From NCBI GenBank assembly GCA_963767925.1, contig CAVYGB010000008.1, forward strand, positions 768,001 to 832,000: DNA of 64,000 nt. The letters run 5' to 3'. The translations under genes were made by a program, and so were the position numbers. Of the stretch, positions 9,797-19,258 are shown one piece after another; within the stretch, counting starts at the first letter, position 1, and each line of letters starts with the position of its first letter. The notes under the pieces were generated by a model. It was not told the DNA's origin. It saw nothing but the letters and a program-made list of their open reading frames with translations, and ran no database searches. This stretch comes from an uncultured delta proteobacterium. GTDB taxonomy: Bacteria; Myxococcota_A; Polyangia; Fen-1088.

Positions 9797-9956
9797 TGCA
9801 CCGTTCTCGAAATATCGTCAAGGCTGCGCCGACGATCCTGCGCCCCCGCTTCGTTGCTCCTCCTCGGAATATGCCGGATATTCGTCGTCGTCGCGCCTCG
9901 CGGGGCCGCAGGCTTGTCGGCGGATCCTTGACGCTATTTCGAGAGCGGTGCACTAG
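9793..9956. mobile_element. MITE-like long palindromic element bounded by CTAG
   Basis: Left arm CTAGTGCACCGTTCTCGAAATATCGTCAAGG.. matches the reverse complement of the right arm over 57 nt with 7 mismatches; no coding capacity evident. Confidence 0.7.
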
Positions 9957-9965
9957 CAGGCTGCC

Positions 9966-10541
9966 GTGACCGGACGGATTCGCCAGTCCGTGTCCAGGCC
10001 GGAGGAGGGCGAGGCCGTTCGGGTCGGCTGGGTCGAGCGCGTGTCGCTGCCCGACCTCGGGCTGTGGGGGCTGGCGGCGAAGGTCGACACGGGGGCCCGC
10101 ACCTCGGCGCTGCACGTCCGTTCCATCGAGCCGATCCTCAAGGGGCTGGGGGAGGGGACCTCGGACCGCTCGCTGTTCATCGTCTTGCCCCCCTTGGGCC
10201 GCGCCGGCGAGCGTCGCCTCATGCGGGTGGTGGTCAAGGACTGGGTCGAGGTGCGAGACACCTCGGGTCGCTGCGAGCGGCGACCGGTGGTGGAGACCTC
10301 GTTCGAGCTCGGGCCCATTCGCCAGACGATCCGGCTGACCCTGACCGACCGGGGTGACATGCGCTACCAGATGCTCGTCGGACGCACGGCGATCCCGCCC
10401 GGCGTGCTCGTCGATCCGGGGGCGCGGTTCCTGCTCAGCCCCCAGGAGGTGCCCGCCGCCCGGTCGCTGGCTGCTGCGCGCTCGTCGGTCGGGGGCCGTC
10501 CCGTCCGGCGTTCGCTCAAGCGCAGCCAGGCGAAAATTTGA
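9966..10541 (+). CDS. Putative aspartyl/'ATP-dependent zinc' protease (RimB-like family)
   Basis: VGWVERVSLPDL, AKVDTGARTSALH, RRPVV, LTDRGDMRYQMLVGR. Confidence 0.85.
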   Translation: MTGRIRQSVSRPEEGEAVRVGWVERVSLPDLGLWGLAAKVDTGARTSALHVRSIEPILKGLGEGTSDRSLFIVLPPLGRAGERRLMRVVVKDWVEVRDTSGRCERRPVVETSFELGPIRQTIRLTLTDRGDMRYQMLVGRTAIPPGVLVDPGARFLLSPQEVPAARSLAAARSSVGGRPVRRSLKRSQAKI

Positions 10542-10571
10542 CAGCCAGCGCGGCTCGCCGAAGATGCTCGT

Positions 10572-10808
10572 ATGCGAGCGGATTCGAGCCTGGCGGTCGG
10601 CAGCGTCATGGGCGCTCTGCGTCGCAGTCGGGAGGCCGTCGAGGAGATCGACGGTGATCTGGACACCGTCCTGGACTGGCTCCACGACCCGAGCGCCCCG
10701 CTCGATTCGGACGTCCCGGATCGGCTCGCCCGGCGCGCGCGCGACGCGGGCGAGGCCATCGACGCGCTCACCCCCCTGCGTGAGATCGCCTCGCACCCCA
10801 TCTTCTGA
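10572..10808 (+). CDS. Hypothetical small helical protein
   Basis: 78-aa ORF fills the gap between co-oriented genes; TTGACA lies about 30 nt upstream. Confidence 0.5.
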   Translation: MRADSSLAVGSVMGALRRSREAVEEIDGDLDTVLDWLHDPSAPLDSDVPDRLARRARDAGEAIDALTPLREIASHPIF

Positions 10809-10843
10809 GCGGCCGCTCCCCGGGGCCAGGTAGGCTCCCCCGC

Positions 10844-11614
10844 GTGGCCGATTCGACGTCCGGAGAGCAGCCCGCCGGTCTGACCGAGCCGCTGCTGACC
10901 TTCTTCGCCGCCACCGCCATCGCCTCGGCGCTGTTCTGGGCCGGGCGGGGAGTGACCTTAATCCGGGACAACCTGCACGGCGCGATCGCCCTCGTCTTCC
11001 TGGTGGCGCCGCGGCTGGCCTCGTCCCTCAGCGGGCGGCCCTTCGACTACGACACCGCAGGGCTGCGGCTCGCGCCCGTGCGGCTCAACCTGCGGGTGCT
11101 GGCGGTTGCGCTGGCCATCACCTGGCCGCTCTTCCTGCTGGCCTTCCTGCTCTTCTACGGCTCGGCCTGCTCGCTGAACACGGCGCCCTTCTGGGGCTAT
11201 CTCGTCGACTGGATCGCCCCCACCTGCGCGCGCTGGACAGGGCTGGCCGGGGCGGAGCTCCGGGTGCCGGCGGGGCTGGCCCTGGCGGCGCTGACCCAGA
11301 TCGTCGTCGTGGCGATCCCCGAGGAGCTGTTCTTCCGGGGTTATCTGCAAGGACGCCTGGAGGAACGCTGGCCGCCCCGGCGCTTGCTGCTGGGAGCGCC
11401 CGTCGGCTGGGCGACCGTCGCGGGGAGCGCGCTGTTCGCCCTGGGGCACGTCCTCGTCGACTTCGATCCCCAGCGCCTGGCGGTCTTCATCCCTGGCCTC
11501 GTCTTCGGCTGGATGCGGGCCCGGACCGGATCCATCGCCGCTGGCGCCACGTTCCACGCCCTGTGCAACGTCTACTCCGACGTCCTCCACACCAGCTTCT
11601 TCTGGCGGGTCTAG
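10844..11614 (+). CDS. CPBP-family intramembrane glutamic protease (myxosortase MrtC-like)
   Basis: PEELFFRG, FALGH, RLAVFIPGLVFGWMRARTGS, FHALCN. Confidence 0.85.
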   Translation: MADSTSGEQPAGLTEPLLTFFAATAIASALFWAGRGVTLIRDNLHGAIALVFLVAPRLASSLSGRPFDYDTAGLRLAPVRLNLRVLAVALAITWPLFLLAFLLFYGSACSLNTAPFWGYLVDWIAPTCARWTGLAGAELRVPAGLALAALTQIVVVAIPEELFFRGYLQGRLEERWPPRRLLLGAPVGWATVAGSALFALGHVLVDFDPQRLAVFIPGLVFGWMRARTGSIAAGATFHALCNVYSDVLHTSFFWRV

Positions 11615-11672
11615 GCCTCCTGCGGGGAACCGGGAGGGACGGGGCCCCGGCACCTCCGCGCTCGGGGCGCGG

Positions 11673-12080
11673 TCAATCGAGGCCGAGGAGCAGGTCGGTG
11701 GTGGCCTGGTCGGCGGCGGGGAAGGGGTACTTGTCGAAGTCGCCCGAAACCACCCAGCGGAAGTCGGCGACCCTCAGGGCGGCGGGCTTCTCGCCGGGCT
11801 CGAGCTCGGCCTGGTACAGGTTCAGGTCGACCGAGTACCCCTCGTAGTCGTGCCGGCGCGAGGCGATGCGGGCCTTCACCACGACCTTCACCCCGAGCCG
11901 CTCCAGCACCTCCCGGCGGAGGGCGGCCTCGTCGTTTTCACCGGCCTCCACCCGACCGCCGGGGAACTCCCACAGACCAGGGAGCACGGCGGTCTTCCGC
12001 CGCTGGGTGATGAGGTACTTGCCATCGCGTTCGATGACCGCGGCGACGACCCGGATCGGCGTTGCGAGTTTGCGAGACAC
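11673..12080 (-). CDS. NUDIX hydrolase, MutT-like
   Basis: WEFPGGRVEAGENDEAALRREVLE Nudix box; FPAAD; GTG start inferred. Confidence 0.9.
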   Translation of the reverse strand: MSRKLATPIRVVAAVIERDGKYLITQRRKTAVLPGLWEFPGGRVEAGENDEAALRREVLERLGVKVVVKARIASRRHDYEGYSVDLNLYQAELEPGEKPAALRVADFRWVVSGDFDKYPFPAADQATTDLLLGLD

Positions 12081-12148
12081 GGGGATGGCGATGATACATC
12101 GGTCGACAGGTCGGTGGCGGGCGATCTGTGCTAGATAACAGCCGTCCC

Positions 12149-12574
12149 ATGGCGAAGCAGGTGACCCCATCCGAGGCCGCAGAGCTCATCTCGAAGGGCT
12201 GGAAGTACCTCGACGTCCGTTCTATCCCCGAGTTCGAGCAAGGGCACCCCGAAGGGGCGGCCAACGTCCCCCTTCTGCATTCCCAGGGTGGCCGCATGAT
12301 CCCCAACCCGGAGTTCCAGCAGGTCATCGAGGCCAACTTCGGCAAGGGCGACATGCTGGTGGTCGGCTGCAAGATGAGCGGCCGCTCGGCGCAGGCCGTC
12401 GCCGTGCTGGAGGCAGCGGGCTACACCAGCATCGCCCACATGCGCGGTGGCTTCTCCGGTGAGCGCGATATGTACGGCAAGGTGAGCGCGCCAGGATGGG
12501 CCGAGTCCGGCTTGCCGGTCGCGACCCAGCCCGCCTCGGGCGCCAGCTACGCCGAGCTGGTCAAGAAGAAGTAG
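12149..12574 (+). CDS. Rhodanese-like domain protein
   Basis: LDVRSIPEFEQGHPEGA, active-site loop CKMSGRS, MRGG. Confidence 0.9.
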   Translation: MAKQVTPSEAAELISKGWKYLDVRSIPEFEQGHPEGAANVPLLHSQGGRMIPNPEFQQVIEANFGKGDMLVVGCKMSGRSAQAVAVLEAAGYTSIAHMRGGFSGERDMYGKVSAPGWAESGLPVATQPASGASYAELVKKK

Positions 12575-12578
12575 CCCC

Positions 12579-12598
12579 GCGGCCGGTCGACCGGCCGC
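12579..12598. terminator. Perfect 20-bp palindrome between convergent genes (possible terminator or stabiliser)
   Basis: GCGGCCGGTCGACCGGCCGC just after the rhodanese stop; no U-tract. Confidence 0.35.
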
Positions 12599-12655
12599 CA
12601 GGGCCCTTCGGGCACGTCCGCTCCGGACGCGACTCGCCTCTGCTCCGGGCTGCCT

Positions 12656-15232
12656 TCACTTCTGATCGGCGAGCTGGATGCCGGCCTTCTGGCACCAGGC
12701 CTTGACCAGGTCCTTGAGCTTGACGTCGTCGATGCGCTGGTAGGCCTTGGTGGCGTCGCCGACGTTGCGCAGGGAACAGGAGCACGAGGCGACGATCTGA
12801 TACGCCTTGGTCAGCGACGGCCGGATCTTCAGCGCCCGCCGGGCGCTGTCGATCGCCAGCATGTACTGTCCGCGCAGCCAGGCCTGCTGGGCATCCTGCA
12901 CCAGCGCCTCGGGGTCCCCGGTCGGCTCGGGAGCGGCGGGGGGCGTGGGGCGGGTGGCCGGCGGGGTTCGGGGGGTCGCGGCGGCGAGCTGCCGCTGGGC
13001 GGCCGGCGCCGACGTTCGGGTCGTGGCAGACGCTACCGGGCGCGGCTCCGTGGGCTCGGGCGGCGGGGTGCGCGCGGCCTGCTCCCGGGCGGCGGCCTCG
13101 CGGGCCGCGGTCCGGGCGGCGGCCTCCCGGGCGGCCTGCTCCTTGGCAGTGGCGTCGCGGGCAGCCTGCTCCCGGGCGGCGGTACGCGCGGCGGCTTCCC
13201 GTGCGGCCTGTTCCTTTGCCACCTGGGCGGCTTGCTCCTTGGCGAGGCGGTTGGCCTCGTCGCGGGCGGCCTTCTCCTTGGCGGTCCGCTCGCGGGCGGC
13301 GACACGCTCCACCTCGTCGCGGGCGGCCTTCTCCTTGGCGGCCTGCTCCCTGACGAGGCGGTTGGCCTCGTCGCGGGCAGCCTTCTCCTGGGCGGCTTGC
13401 TCCTTGGCGAGGCGGTTGGCCTCGTCGCGAACGGCCTTCTCCTTGGCGGCCTGCTCGCGGGCAGCGGCACGCTCGGCGGCGTCCTTGGCGGCTTGCTCCT
13501 TGGCCACCAGCTCCTTGGCGGCCCGCTCGCGGTCGGCGATCTCCTTGGCGGCCTTGGCCTCCTTGGCGGCGATCTCCTTGGCCTCCCGGGCCTCCTTGGC
13601 CGCCAGCTCGCGCGCCTCGCGCGCCACCTTGGCGGCCGCTTCCTTGGCCGCGGCGTCCTTGGCAGCCTGCTCCTTGGCCACCAGCTCGCGCGCTTCGCGC
13701 TCGCGCTTTTCGACCTGGCGGGCCATCACCCGTTCGCACTTCTCGATCGCGGAGCGGGCCCCTTCGTGCTCGGGCTCGAGGGCCAGCACCCGATCGGTCT
13801 CCGCCCGGGCCTGGTCGCATTCACCGCGGGCGGCAAACTTCTGGGCCTCGGCCAGCCGCACCGTGATCACCCGGGTCTGGGCGGTCCGCCGCAGGGAGAG
13901 GGCCCGGGGCCGGTAGATGCTGCTCTCGGCGATGCCGCCGAAGAGGGTGAGGACCTCTTCGTGGTTGTTCGCCTTGGCCGCTTCCTTGATCTTGGAGAAG
14001 CGGGCCGAGGCCTCCTGCTCGCTCTCGATGACCTCTCTCAGCGTGACCGCTTCCTGGGAGAGGGGGGCCAGGTCCAGCGCCCCCTTGACGGCCTCGAGGG
14101 CCACGTCCCAGCTCTCCTTGGCCTTGGCCGCCTTGGCCTGGGCGATCAGGCTCTCGGGGGATCCCGAGGGACCGGAGGGCAGGGCGGCCATCGGCGGCAT
14201 CGGCGCCGGGCTGGGATCGGGGGAGCCGGCCGCCACGGGAGCGGAGGCAACCGGGGCCTGCGTCGGCTCGCTCGAGCCGAGATCGCCCCCCCGCATGGCA
14301 AAGGCCAGGGCGAAGCCGGCCACCACGACCGCCCCGCCGGCACCGGCGAACACCAGGCGCCGCTTGCTCCGGCCCGCCTCACCGATGTCGAAGTCGACGT
14401 AGTCGGCCCCGGAGGTGAAGCGCAGGCGGACGTGACCGAGCTCCAGGGTGTCGCCGCTCTTGAGCTCGACCCGCTCGAACTCGCTGCCGTTGACCCGCAC
14501 GCCATTGGCACTCTCCAGATCGACGACGATGTACTTGTCGCCGTCGCGGATGACCTTGGCGTGGTGCCGGGAGATCGACTTGTGGTTGAGGACGATGTCG
14601 TTTTCGGGGGTCCGCCCGATGACCAGCGACGGCCGATCGAGGACGAACTCGGTCCCCGCCAGGTTGGTGGTGATGACCACCAGGCGCGCGGGCGCCACCC
14701 CGGGCGCCTGTCCGGGCGCCAGCGACTGCTCGGCCAGCGTCCGCACCGGGATGGTGGGCGCCGCATCCAGCGTCGCCTCGGGTGGGGGCGCGGTGGACGG
14801 AACCGCCGGAGAAGGGCGCGTCTGGACCCCGAGCGCGCCCGCCGGCAAGGCCGTCGTGCTGGGCAGCGGCGGCGCGGGGACGGTCGACGGGCCAGGTGGG
14901 GTCGTGAAGGGGGCCGCGCCGTACAGCCTGGTGGCGACGGGGCGATCGGCCCGCACGGTCAGCTTGTAGTCGCCGATGATGACGAGGTCGCCGTCCTTGA
15001 GAGAGGTCGGGGCGACCACCCGTCCACCGTTGACCTTGATCCCGTTGAAGCTGCCGAGGTCCTCGACGAACAGCGTGCTGTTCTGCCGGAAGAATCGGGC
15101 ATGCCGGCGCGAGATGTTTCGCTCCGTCAGCCGGATGCTATTGCCCTCCTGACGGCCAACGGTGATCTCGTCACGAATGAGGGGTACGACGACAGTCTTT
15201 CCCTCATCGTCCTCTATAGTCAGCTTATGCAT
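12656..15232 (-). CDS. Double-FHA membrane protein with TPR-like region and TolA-like Ala/Glu/Lys/Arg repeat stalk
   Basis: Two FHA domains (VGRQEGN..ISRRHA..GSFNG; IGRTPEN..ISRHHA..SANG), one TM helix, repeat helix, Cys-containing C-terminal domain. Confidence 0.85.
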   Translation of the reverse strand: MHKLTIEDDEGKTVVVPLIRDEITVGRQEGNSIRLTERNISRRHARFFRQNSTLFVEDLGSFNGIKVNGGRVVAPTSLKDGDLVIIGDYKLTVRADRPVATRLYGAAPFTTPPGPSTVPAPPLPSTTALPAGALGVQTRPSPAVPSTAPPPEATLDAAPTIPVRTLAEQSLAPGQAPGVAPARLVVITTNLAGTEFVLDRPSLVIGRTPENDIVLNHKSISRHHAKVIRDGDKYIVVDLESANGVRVNGSEFERVELKSGDTLELGHVRLRFTSGADYVDFDIGEAGRSKRRLVFAGAGGAVVVAGFALAFAMRGGDLGSSEPTQAPVASAPVAAGSPDPSPAPMPPMAALPSGPSGSPESLIAQAKAAKAKESWDVALEAVKGALDLAPLSQEAVTLREVIESEQEASARFSKIKEAAKANNHEEVLTLFGGIAESSIYRPRALSLRRTAQTRVITVRLAEAQKFAARGECDQARAETDRVLALEPEHEGARSAIEKCERVMARQVEKREREARELVAKEQAAKDAAAKEAAAKVAREARELAAKEAREAKEIAAKEAKAAKEIADRERAAKELVAKEQAAKDAAERAAAREQAAKEKAVRDEANRLAKEQAAQEKAARDEANRLVREQAAKEKAARDEVERVAARERTAKEKAARDEANRLAKEQAAQVAKEQAAREAAARTAAREQAARDATAKEQAAREAAARTAAREAAAREQAARTPPPEPTEPRPVASATTRTSAPAAQRQLAAATPRTPPATRPTPPAAPEPTGDPEALVQDAQQAWLRGQYMLAIDSARRALKIRPSLTKAYQIVASCSCSLRNVGDATKAYQRIDDVKLKDLVKAWCQKAGIQLADQK
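13075..13700 (-). repeat. Coding tandem repeats (about 54-bp [18 protein letters not shown] units plus shorter [14 protein letters not shown] units); boundaries approximate
   Basis: Recurrent GAGGCGGTTGGCCTCGTCGCG and GCCTTCTCCTTGGCGG strings on the + strand. Confidence 0.85.
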
Positions 15233-15388
15233 ATGGCGAGGCCGCCGCCCCCTGGGCGGTAAAGCCCGACTTTAGCCGCGCGTTTTTCCACGGTCAAGCC
15301 AAGCGGGCCGTAACGACGCATAAACGTTCGCGATTTCTACGGCCCTGCGCGACGCCGACGGCCCGCCGACGCAGGGTCGAAAAGCGGC

Positions 15389-16345
15389 TCACAGGCCCTT
15401 CACGTGCGGATAGGTGAGCAGCAGGTCGTTCTCTGTCAAGGCGTCGTCGGGATCGGCCGGCGTCCAGACGACCTCCAGGCCCATCAGCCCTCGAGGGGGA
15501 ACGCTCCCCAGCTCGGCCAGGACGGTGTCGAGCTCCTCCCGGTCGGTCAGGCTCTTTAGGCTGGCGAGCTGCACCCGCGTCGCGACCAGGACCGTCACCA
15601 TCAAGTATTCCAGCACCTCGTCGCTGGCCGCGGGCGCCGCGCTGGAGCGGCGAACCGAGCCGTCGGCGCCGCGTATGCGCTCTACCTGAAAGCGCGAGCG
15701 TTCGGCCAGGGACAGCGCGCTGAGCTTGCTCTCGCCGTTGGCCAGGTTGAACGGCCCCGTGGCCTCCGCGCTCCCGTAGCGGATCGAGTGCTTCTCCCGG
15801 AGGAGCTCGAGGGCGGTCTGCTGCAGGAGCTGGGCGAGCCCGGCCTCGCTGCCGGTGTCGCCCTCGTCGGCAAACCGGGCGAGTCGCTCCTGGATGCCGC
15901 GGGCCGAGCGTCCCAGTCCGAGCTGCACCTTGTAGACGAACACACGGCTGGGCGCGACGTCCTCGTCCTCGTAGTCGTCGCCATCTCCGTAGAGAGATGA
16001 GCCGCCCTGTCGCCGGGCCTGCGCTTGGCGCACCGCTCGGACGACCATGACCGTTCCGAGCCCGACCAGGGCCAGCATCATCAGGGAGCCGCCAAAGCCA
16101 CAACCACCGGCGCCGAAGGGGGAGAGGCCCCAGCCGAAGCTGGGAAAGATGATGAAGCTGGGACCGGGGCTGGTGCGCGGCACCTGCGCGGCGGTCCGGC
16201 TCCGTGAAAACGATCCGCCGCCCGAGCGGAATCCGCCCCGCCCGCTGAAGCTGCCGCCCGAACGCGGTCCGGCCAGGGCCAGCGCCGGCTCCAGCACCAG
16301 AGCGAGGAGGGAGCCGATCAGGACGAAGCGACGGAGCCGAGCCAT
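15389..16345 (-). CDS. DUF1517 domain protein
   Basis: Signal peptide, GGSFSGRGGFRSGGGS, KVQLGL, ALELLR, EVVWTP..DLLLTYP. Confidence 0.8.
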   Translation of the reverse strand: MARLRRFVLIGSLLALVLEPALALAGPRSGGSFSGRGGFRSGGGSFSRSRTAAQVPRTSPGPSFIIFPSFGWGLSPFGAGGCGFGGSLMMLALVGLGTVMVVRAVRQAQARRQGGSSLYGDGDDYEDEDVAPSRVFVYKVQLGLGRSARGIQERLARFADEGDTGSEAGLAQLLQQTALELLREKHSIRYGSAEATGPFNLANGESKLSALSLAERSRFQVERIRGADGSVRRSSAAPAASDEVLEYLMVTVLVATRVQLASLKSLTDREELDTVLAELGSVPPRGLMGLEVVWTPADPDDALTENDLLLTYPHVKGL

Positions 16346-16398
16346 GAGCGAAGGTTAACGACCGTGCCGGGGGGAATCAAACCGAAACGGCGCGCTCC

Positions 16399-17745
16399 TC
16401 ACAGCAGGAGGATGTCGTTGCTGTCTAGCTCCATCGGTTCCCAGGGCAGAGCGGCTCCCAGGCGCAGATCGTTGTCGCGCGCCCGCCGCTCGGCGACGCC
16501 GGCGAAGTAGTCGCGAACCTCGGGGAAGGCCGCGCTGAGCCGGTCGACGTAGACCCGGGCCAGGTAGAGCAAGGTGCAACGGGTCAGCGCGCAGACGGTG
16601 GCGGAGGTGGGCAGATTCGTGATGAGCGACATCTCCCCGAAGATCTCCCCGGTGGTGAGCCGGGCCAGCGGCACCGAGGCGTCGGCCAGCGGATCGCGCG
16701 CGACGACCTCCAGCTCGCCCACCAGCACCACATAGAGGCCCCGGCCCTCCTCGCCCTCCCGGATGATTGTGTCCCCCGCCTCGACTTCGAGGCCCTCGAA
16801 GCGGCGGAGCAGGTCGGCCTGCTGCTCCCTGGTGAAGGGGGTGAACAGCGGGGAGCTCGACAGGAGGTTCTTGATGAGGCGCTCGCGGGCGAACCGATCC
16901 AGCGAGGTGCGAAGGGCCGGGAGCTGGTCTGCGGCTGCCTGCAGGGCCTCCCGAGTGAGCTCGATGACCTCCGCCTCGCGGACCACCGCGACGGTCGCCG
17001 CCCGGGGCTGGCTGGTCAGGAGCGCCATCTCTCCCACGAGGCTGTTCTCGTGGACCCGGGCCAGCTCGCGGGTGTCCCCGTCCGGGGCCTGCAGGAGCAC
17101 GCGCAGCTCGCCGCTGGCGACCAGGTAGAGCGAGCTGCCCGGCTCGCCCTGGCGCAGGACCAGCTCACCCGGCGCCAGGCGGTGCACCTGCGCCGAATCG
17201 AGCACCGCGCGTAGAGGTTCCTCGGCCAGGTCCGAGAGAAACGGGATCCGATGGAGCTGGGGACGGTACGGGCCGTAGGCCGTCAGATCGAGGGCCCGCC
17301 GGTGGGCGGCCAGGGCCAGCTCGTCGAAGGGCAGGGCCTCCCGAGCCTCCTCGTCGGCGATCGGGGTGTGAGGGTCGGGCGGGGCCGGGCGGGAGGCGAA
17401 CGGCGCGAGCCGGACCGAGCCGTCGGCGTAGGTGCGGGCGACCTCCTCGAGGATCTCCGGCGCGGGTCGGCCCAGCCGCACCAGCGCCTGGGCCGCGGCG
17501 ATTGCCCGCAGCGGCTGCCCGATGTGGATGAAGTGATTGGCCAGCACGCGCCAGAGCTCGTGAGCCTCGTCGCGCAGACCGCTGCGCGCCAGGATCTCGG
17601 CCACCTCGAGCCGGAGCTGATCGTCGAGCGGAAAGGTGGCGAGCAGCCGGTGATTGAGGGCCAGGGCGCCGGGATAGTCGCCTTCCTTGAACAGGGCGCG
17701 GATGCGGTGCTTGGCCTCTACCAGGGTCGGGGGCTGGTCCGGCAT
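16399..17745 (-). CDS. TPR plus tandem cyclic-nucleotide-binding domain protein
   Basis: RQGEPGSSLYLVASG..GEMALL..PRAATV and REGEEGRGLYVV..FGEMSL..PTSATV; start chosen to avoid overlap with the divergent gene. Confidence 0.85.
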   Translation of the reverse strand: MPDQPPTLVEAKHRIRALFKEGDYPGALALNHRLLATFPLDDQLRLEVAEILARSGLRDEAHELWRVLANHFIHIGQPLRAIAAAQALVRLGRPAPEILEEVARTYADGSVRLAPFASRPAPPDPHTPIADEEAREALPFDELALAAHRRALDLTAYGPYRPQLHRIPFLSDLAEEPLRAVLDSAQVHRLAPGELVLRQGEPGSSLYLVASGELRVLLQAPDGDTRELARVHENSLVGEMALLTSQPRAATVAVVREAEVIELTREALQAAADQLPALRTSLDRFARERLIKNLLSSSPLFTPFTREQQADLLRRFEGLEVEAGDTIIREGEEGRGLYVVLVGELEVVARDPLADASVPLARLTTGEIFGEMSLITNLPTSATVCALTRCTLLYLARVYVDRLSAAFPEVRDYFAGVAERRARDNDLRLGAALPWEPMELDSNDILLL

Positions 17746-17782
17746 GTGAAAATCTCCCCTCGCGCGCATAGACTCGAATGCA

Positions 17783-18490
17783 ATGGCAAGCGAGTCAACC
17801 GCGCCGCAGCTCCTGCTCGAACGGATCGAGCGGCTGGGCTGGCCGGAGATCGCCCGGACGACCCTGGGCCACCCCATCCGGGCAGCGGCGATGCCGTCGG
17901 GCAGGGAGGGGGCGCCGCTGATCCTCGTGGGGGGCGTCCACGGCGACGAGCCGTCATCGGTCGAGGTGGTGCTCGATCTGGTGGAGCGCTGGCCGGAGGG
18001 GGCTGCTCCCACCTGGGTCGTGCCCGCGCTCAATCCGGATGGGATCGCAACGGGACGCAAGAATTCCGCCCGTGACGTCGATCTGAACCGCAACTTTCCT
18101 GCCCGGAACTTCAGCAGCGCCCACCGGCCTGGGTACGCGCCGGGGGAGGGGCCGGCCTCCGAGCCGGAGACGCAGGCCCTGGTGGAGCTGGTAGACAGGT
18201 GTTCCCCCTGGGGGGTGGTGGCGGTGCACGCGCCGTTCGCGTGCATCAACTATGACGGCCCAGCGGCGAGCTGGGCGGAGGCGGTGGCCGGAGCCTGTGG
18301 CTGGCCGGCGCGCGCCGATATCGGCTACCCGACGCCCGGCTCGCTGGGGAGCTGGCTGGGCGTCGATCTCGGCCTGCCGGTGCTGACGATCGAGCTGCCG
18401 GCGGGGCCCCTCGCGGCATTCCGCGACCCCGCGCTCCGCGCCGTGGGCGCCGCGGTGGCGTGGCGGTTCACCGCGGGCTCCGTCCGGTAA
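17783..18490 (+). CDS. M14 zinc carboxypeptidase, MpaA-like murein peptide amidase
   Basis: GGVHGDE, NPDG, DLNRNFP, SEPET, IGYPTPGSLGSW, TIEL. Confidence 0.85.
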   Translation: MASESTAPQLLLERIERLGWPEIARTTLGHPIRAAAMPSGREGAPLILVGGVHGDEPSSVEVVLDLVERWPEGAAPTWVVPALNPDGIATGRKNSARDVDLNRNFPARNFSSAHRPGYAPGEGPASEPETQALVELVDRCSPWGVVAVHAPFACINYDGPAASWAEAVAGACGWPARADIGYPTPGSLGSWLGVDLGLPVLTIELPAGPLAAFRDPALRAVGAAVAWRFTAGSVR

Positions 18491-18628
18491 CCGGCGCCAC
18501 CGAGTGCAGGTGGGGTGATCCTCGCCGGGCGAATATCTGCGGTAACATCTGGAATCATGTAGTATGCGTCAAGTCTGGTCGCCGATAGTCCGACCGAACG
18601 CCTATCAACTTACCGTTTCAGTCTGTCC

Positions 18629-19219
18629 ATGGATAAGGATGTAGAGAGAGGGTTTCTCGAGGTTTACTCGAAGGCGCTGGTGTCTCTGCCGTTCGATGTG
18701 AAGGTGCTCCTCGAAGCGGTCAGCGATGCGGATCTCGAACATGGCGTTCGAGAGCTGGCAGCGGCAGCGGTGGTGCACGTCATCACGGCCAAGGACGGCA
18801 ACGTCGAGCCGTTCATTCGCCACGCCGAGGACGTCCTGCTGCTCCGGCTCGCTCTGCGCAAGATCCTCGCCGAAGGCGGGGAAGGGGCGGAGGCTTTCAA
18901 GACCCGGTTCGACGAGAACTACGGCCGGCTGGAGAGCGAGATCACCGTCTTCGAGGGTGCCTTCGGGGGAGACGTCATCAGCTGGCTCGACAACAAGTGG
19001 CCAGCCTTGCTGAAGGCGGTCTACGCCCGCAAGAAGGTCATCCAGTTCGTCGATGACGAAGAGGTCGGCACGTTCCTCTACGACGAGGGACTGCGCTTCG
19101 GCACCGAGTACCCGATCACGGAGAGATCGCTCGCCGGACGGGTCAAGCAGGGTCAGCCGATCGTCGATCACCTCGTGCGGAAACGCGAACAGGATCGAAA
19201 GAGGATCTCGCACCCGTAG
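18629..19219 (+). CDS. Hypothetical protein, weakly DUF1232/YkvA-like
   Basis: 196-aa clean ORF; AAAAVVHVI..D..EDVLLLRLAL pattern. Confidence 0.6.
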   Translation: MDKDVERGFLEVYSKALVSLPFDVKVLLEAVSDADLEHGVRELAAAAVVHVITAKDGNVEPFIRHAEDVLLLRLALRKILAEGGEGAEAFKTRFDENYGRLESEITVFEGAFGGDVISWLDNKWPALLKAVYARKKVIQFVDDEEVGTFLYDEGLRFGTEYPITERSLAGRVKQGQPIVDHLVRKREQDRKRISHP

Positions 19220-19258
19220 CAACCGCGCGGGTTCGAGGTCGTCGCGGCAGAGCAGTTC

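Noticed and set aside
13075..13700. Possible CRISPR-like array
   Set aside because: The repeats are in-frame coding units without unique spacers, and no cas genes are present.
17746..18249. N-terminal extension of the cNMP-binding ORF to 18249
   Set aside because: It overlaps the divergent MpaA-like gene; the ATG at 17745 has a GAGGGGAG RBS upstream.
18541..18560. GTAAC..GAATC as a second GlnR-type box
   Set aside because: The spacing is 5 nt rather than 6 and the downstream gene has no evident nitrogen role.
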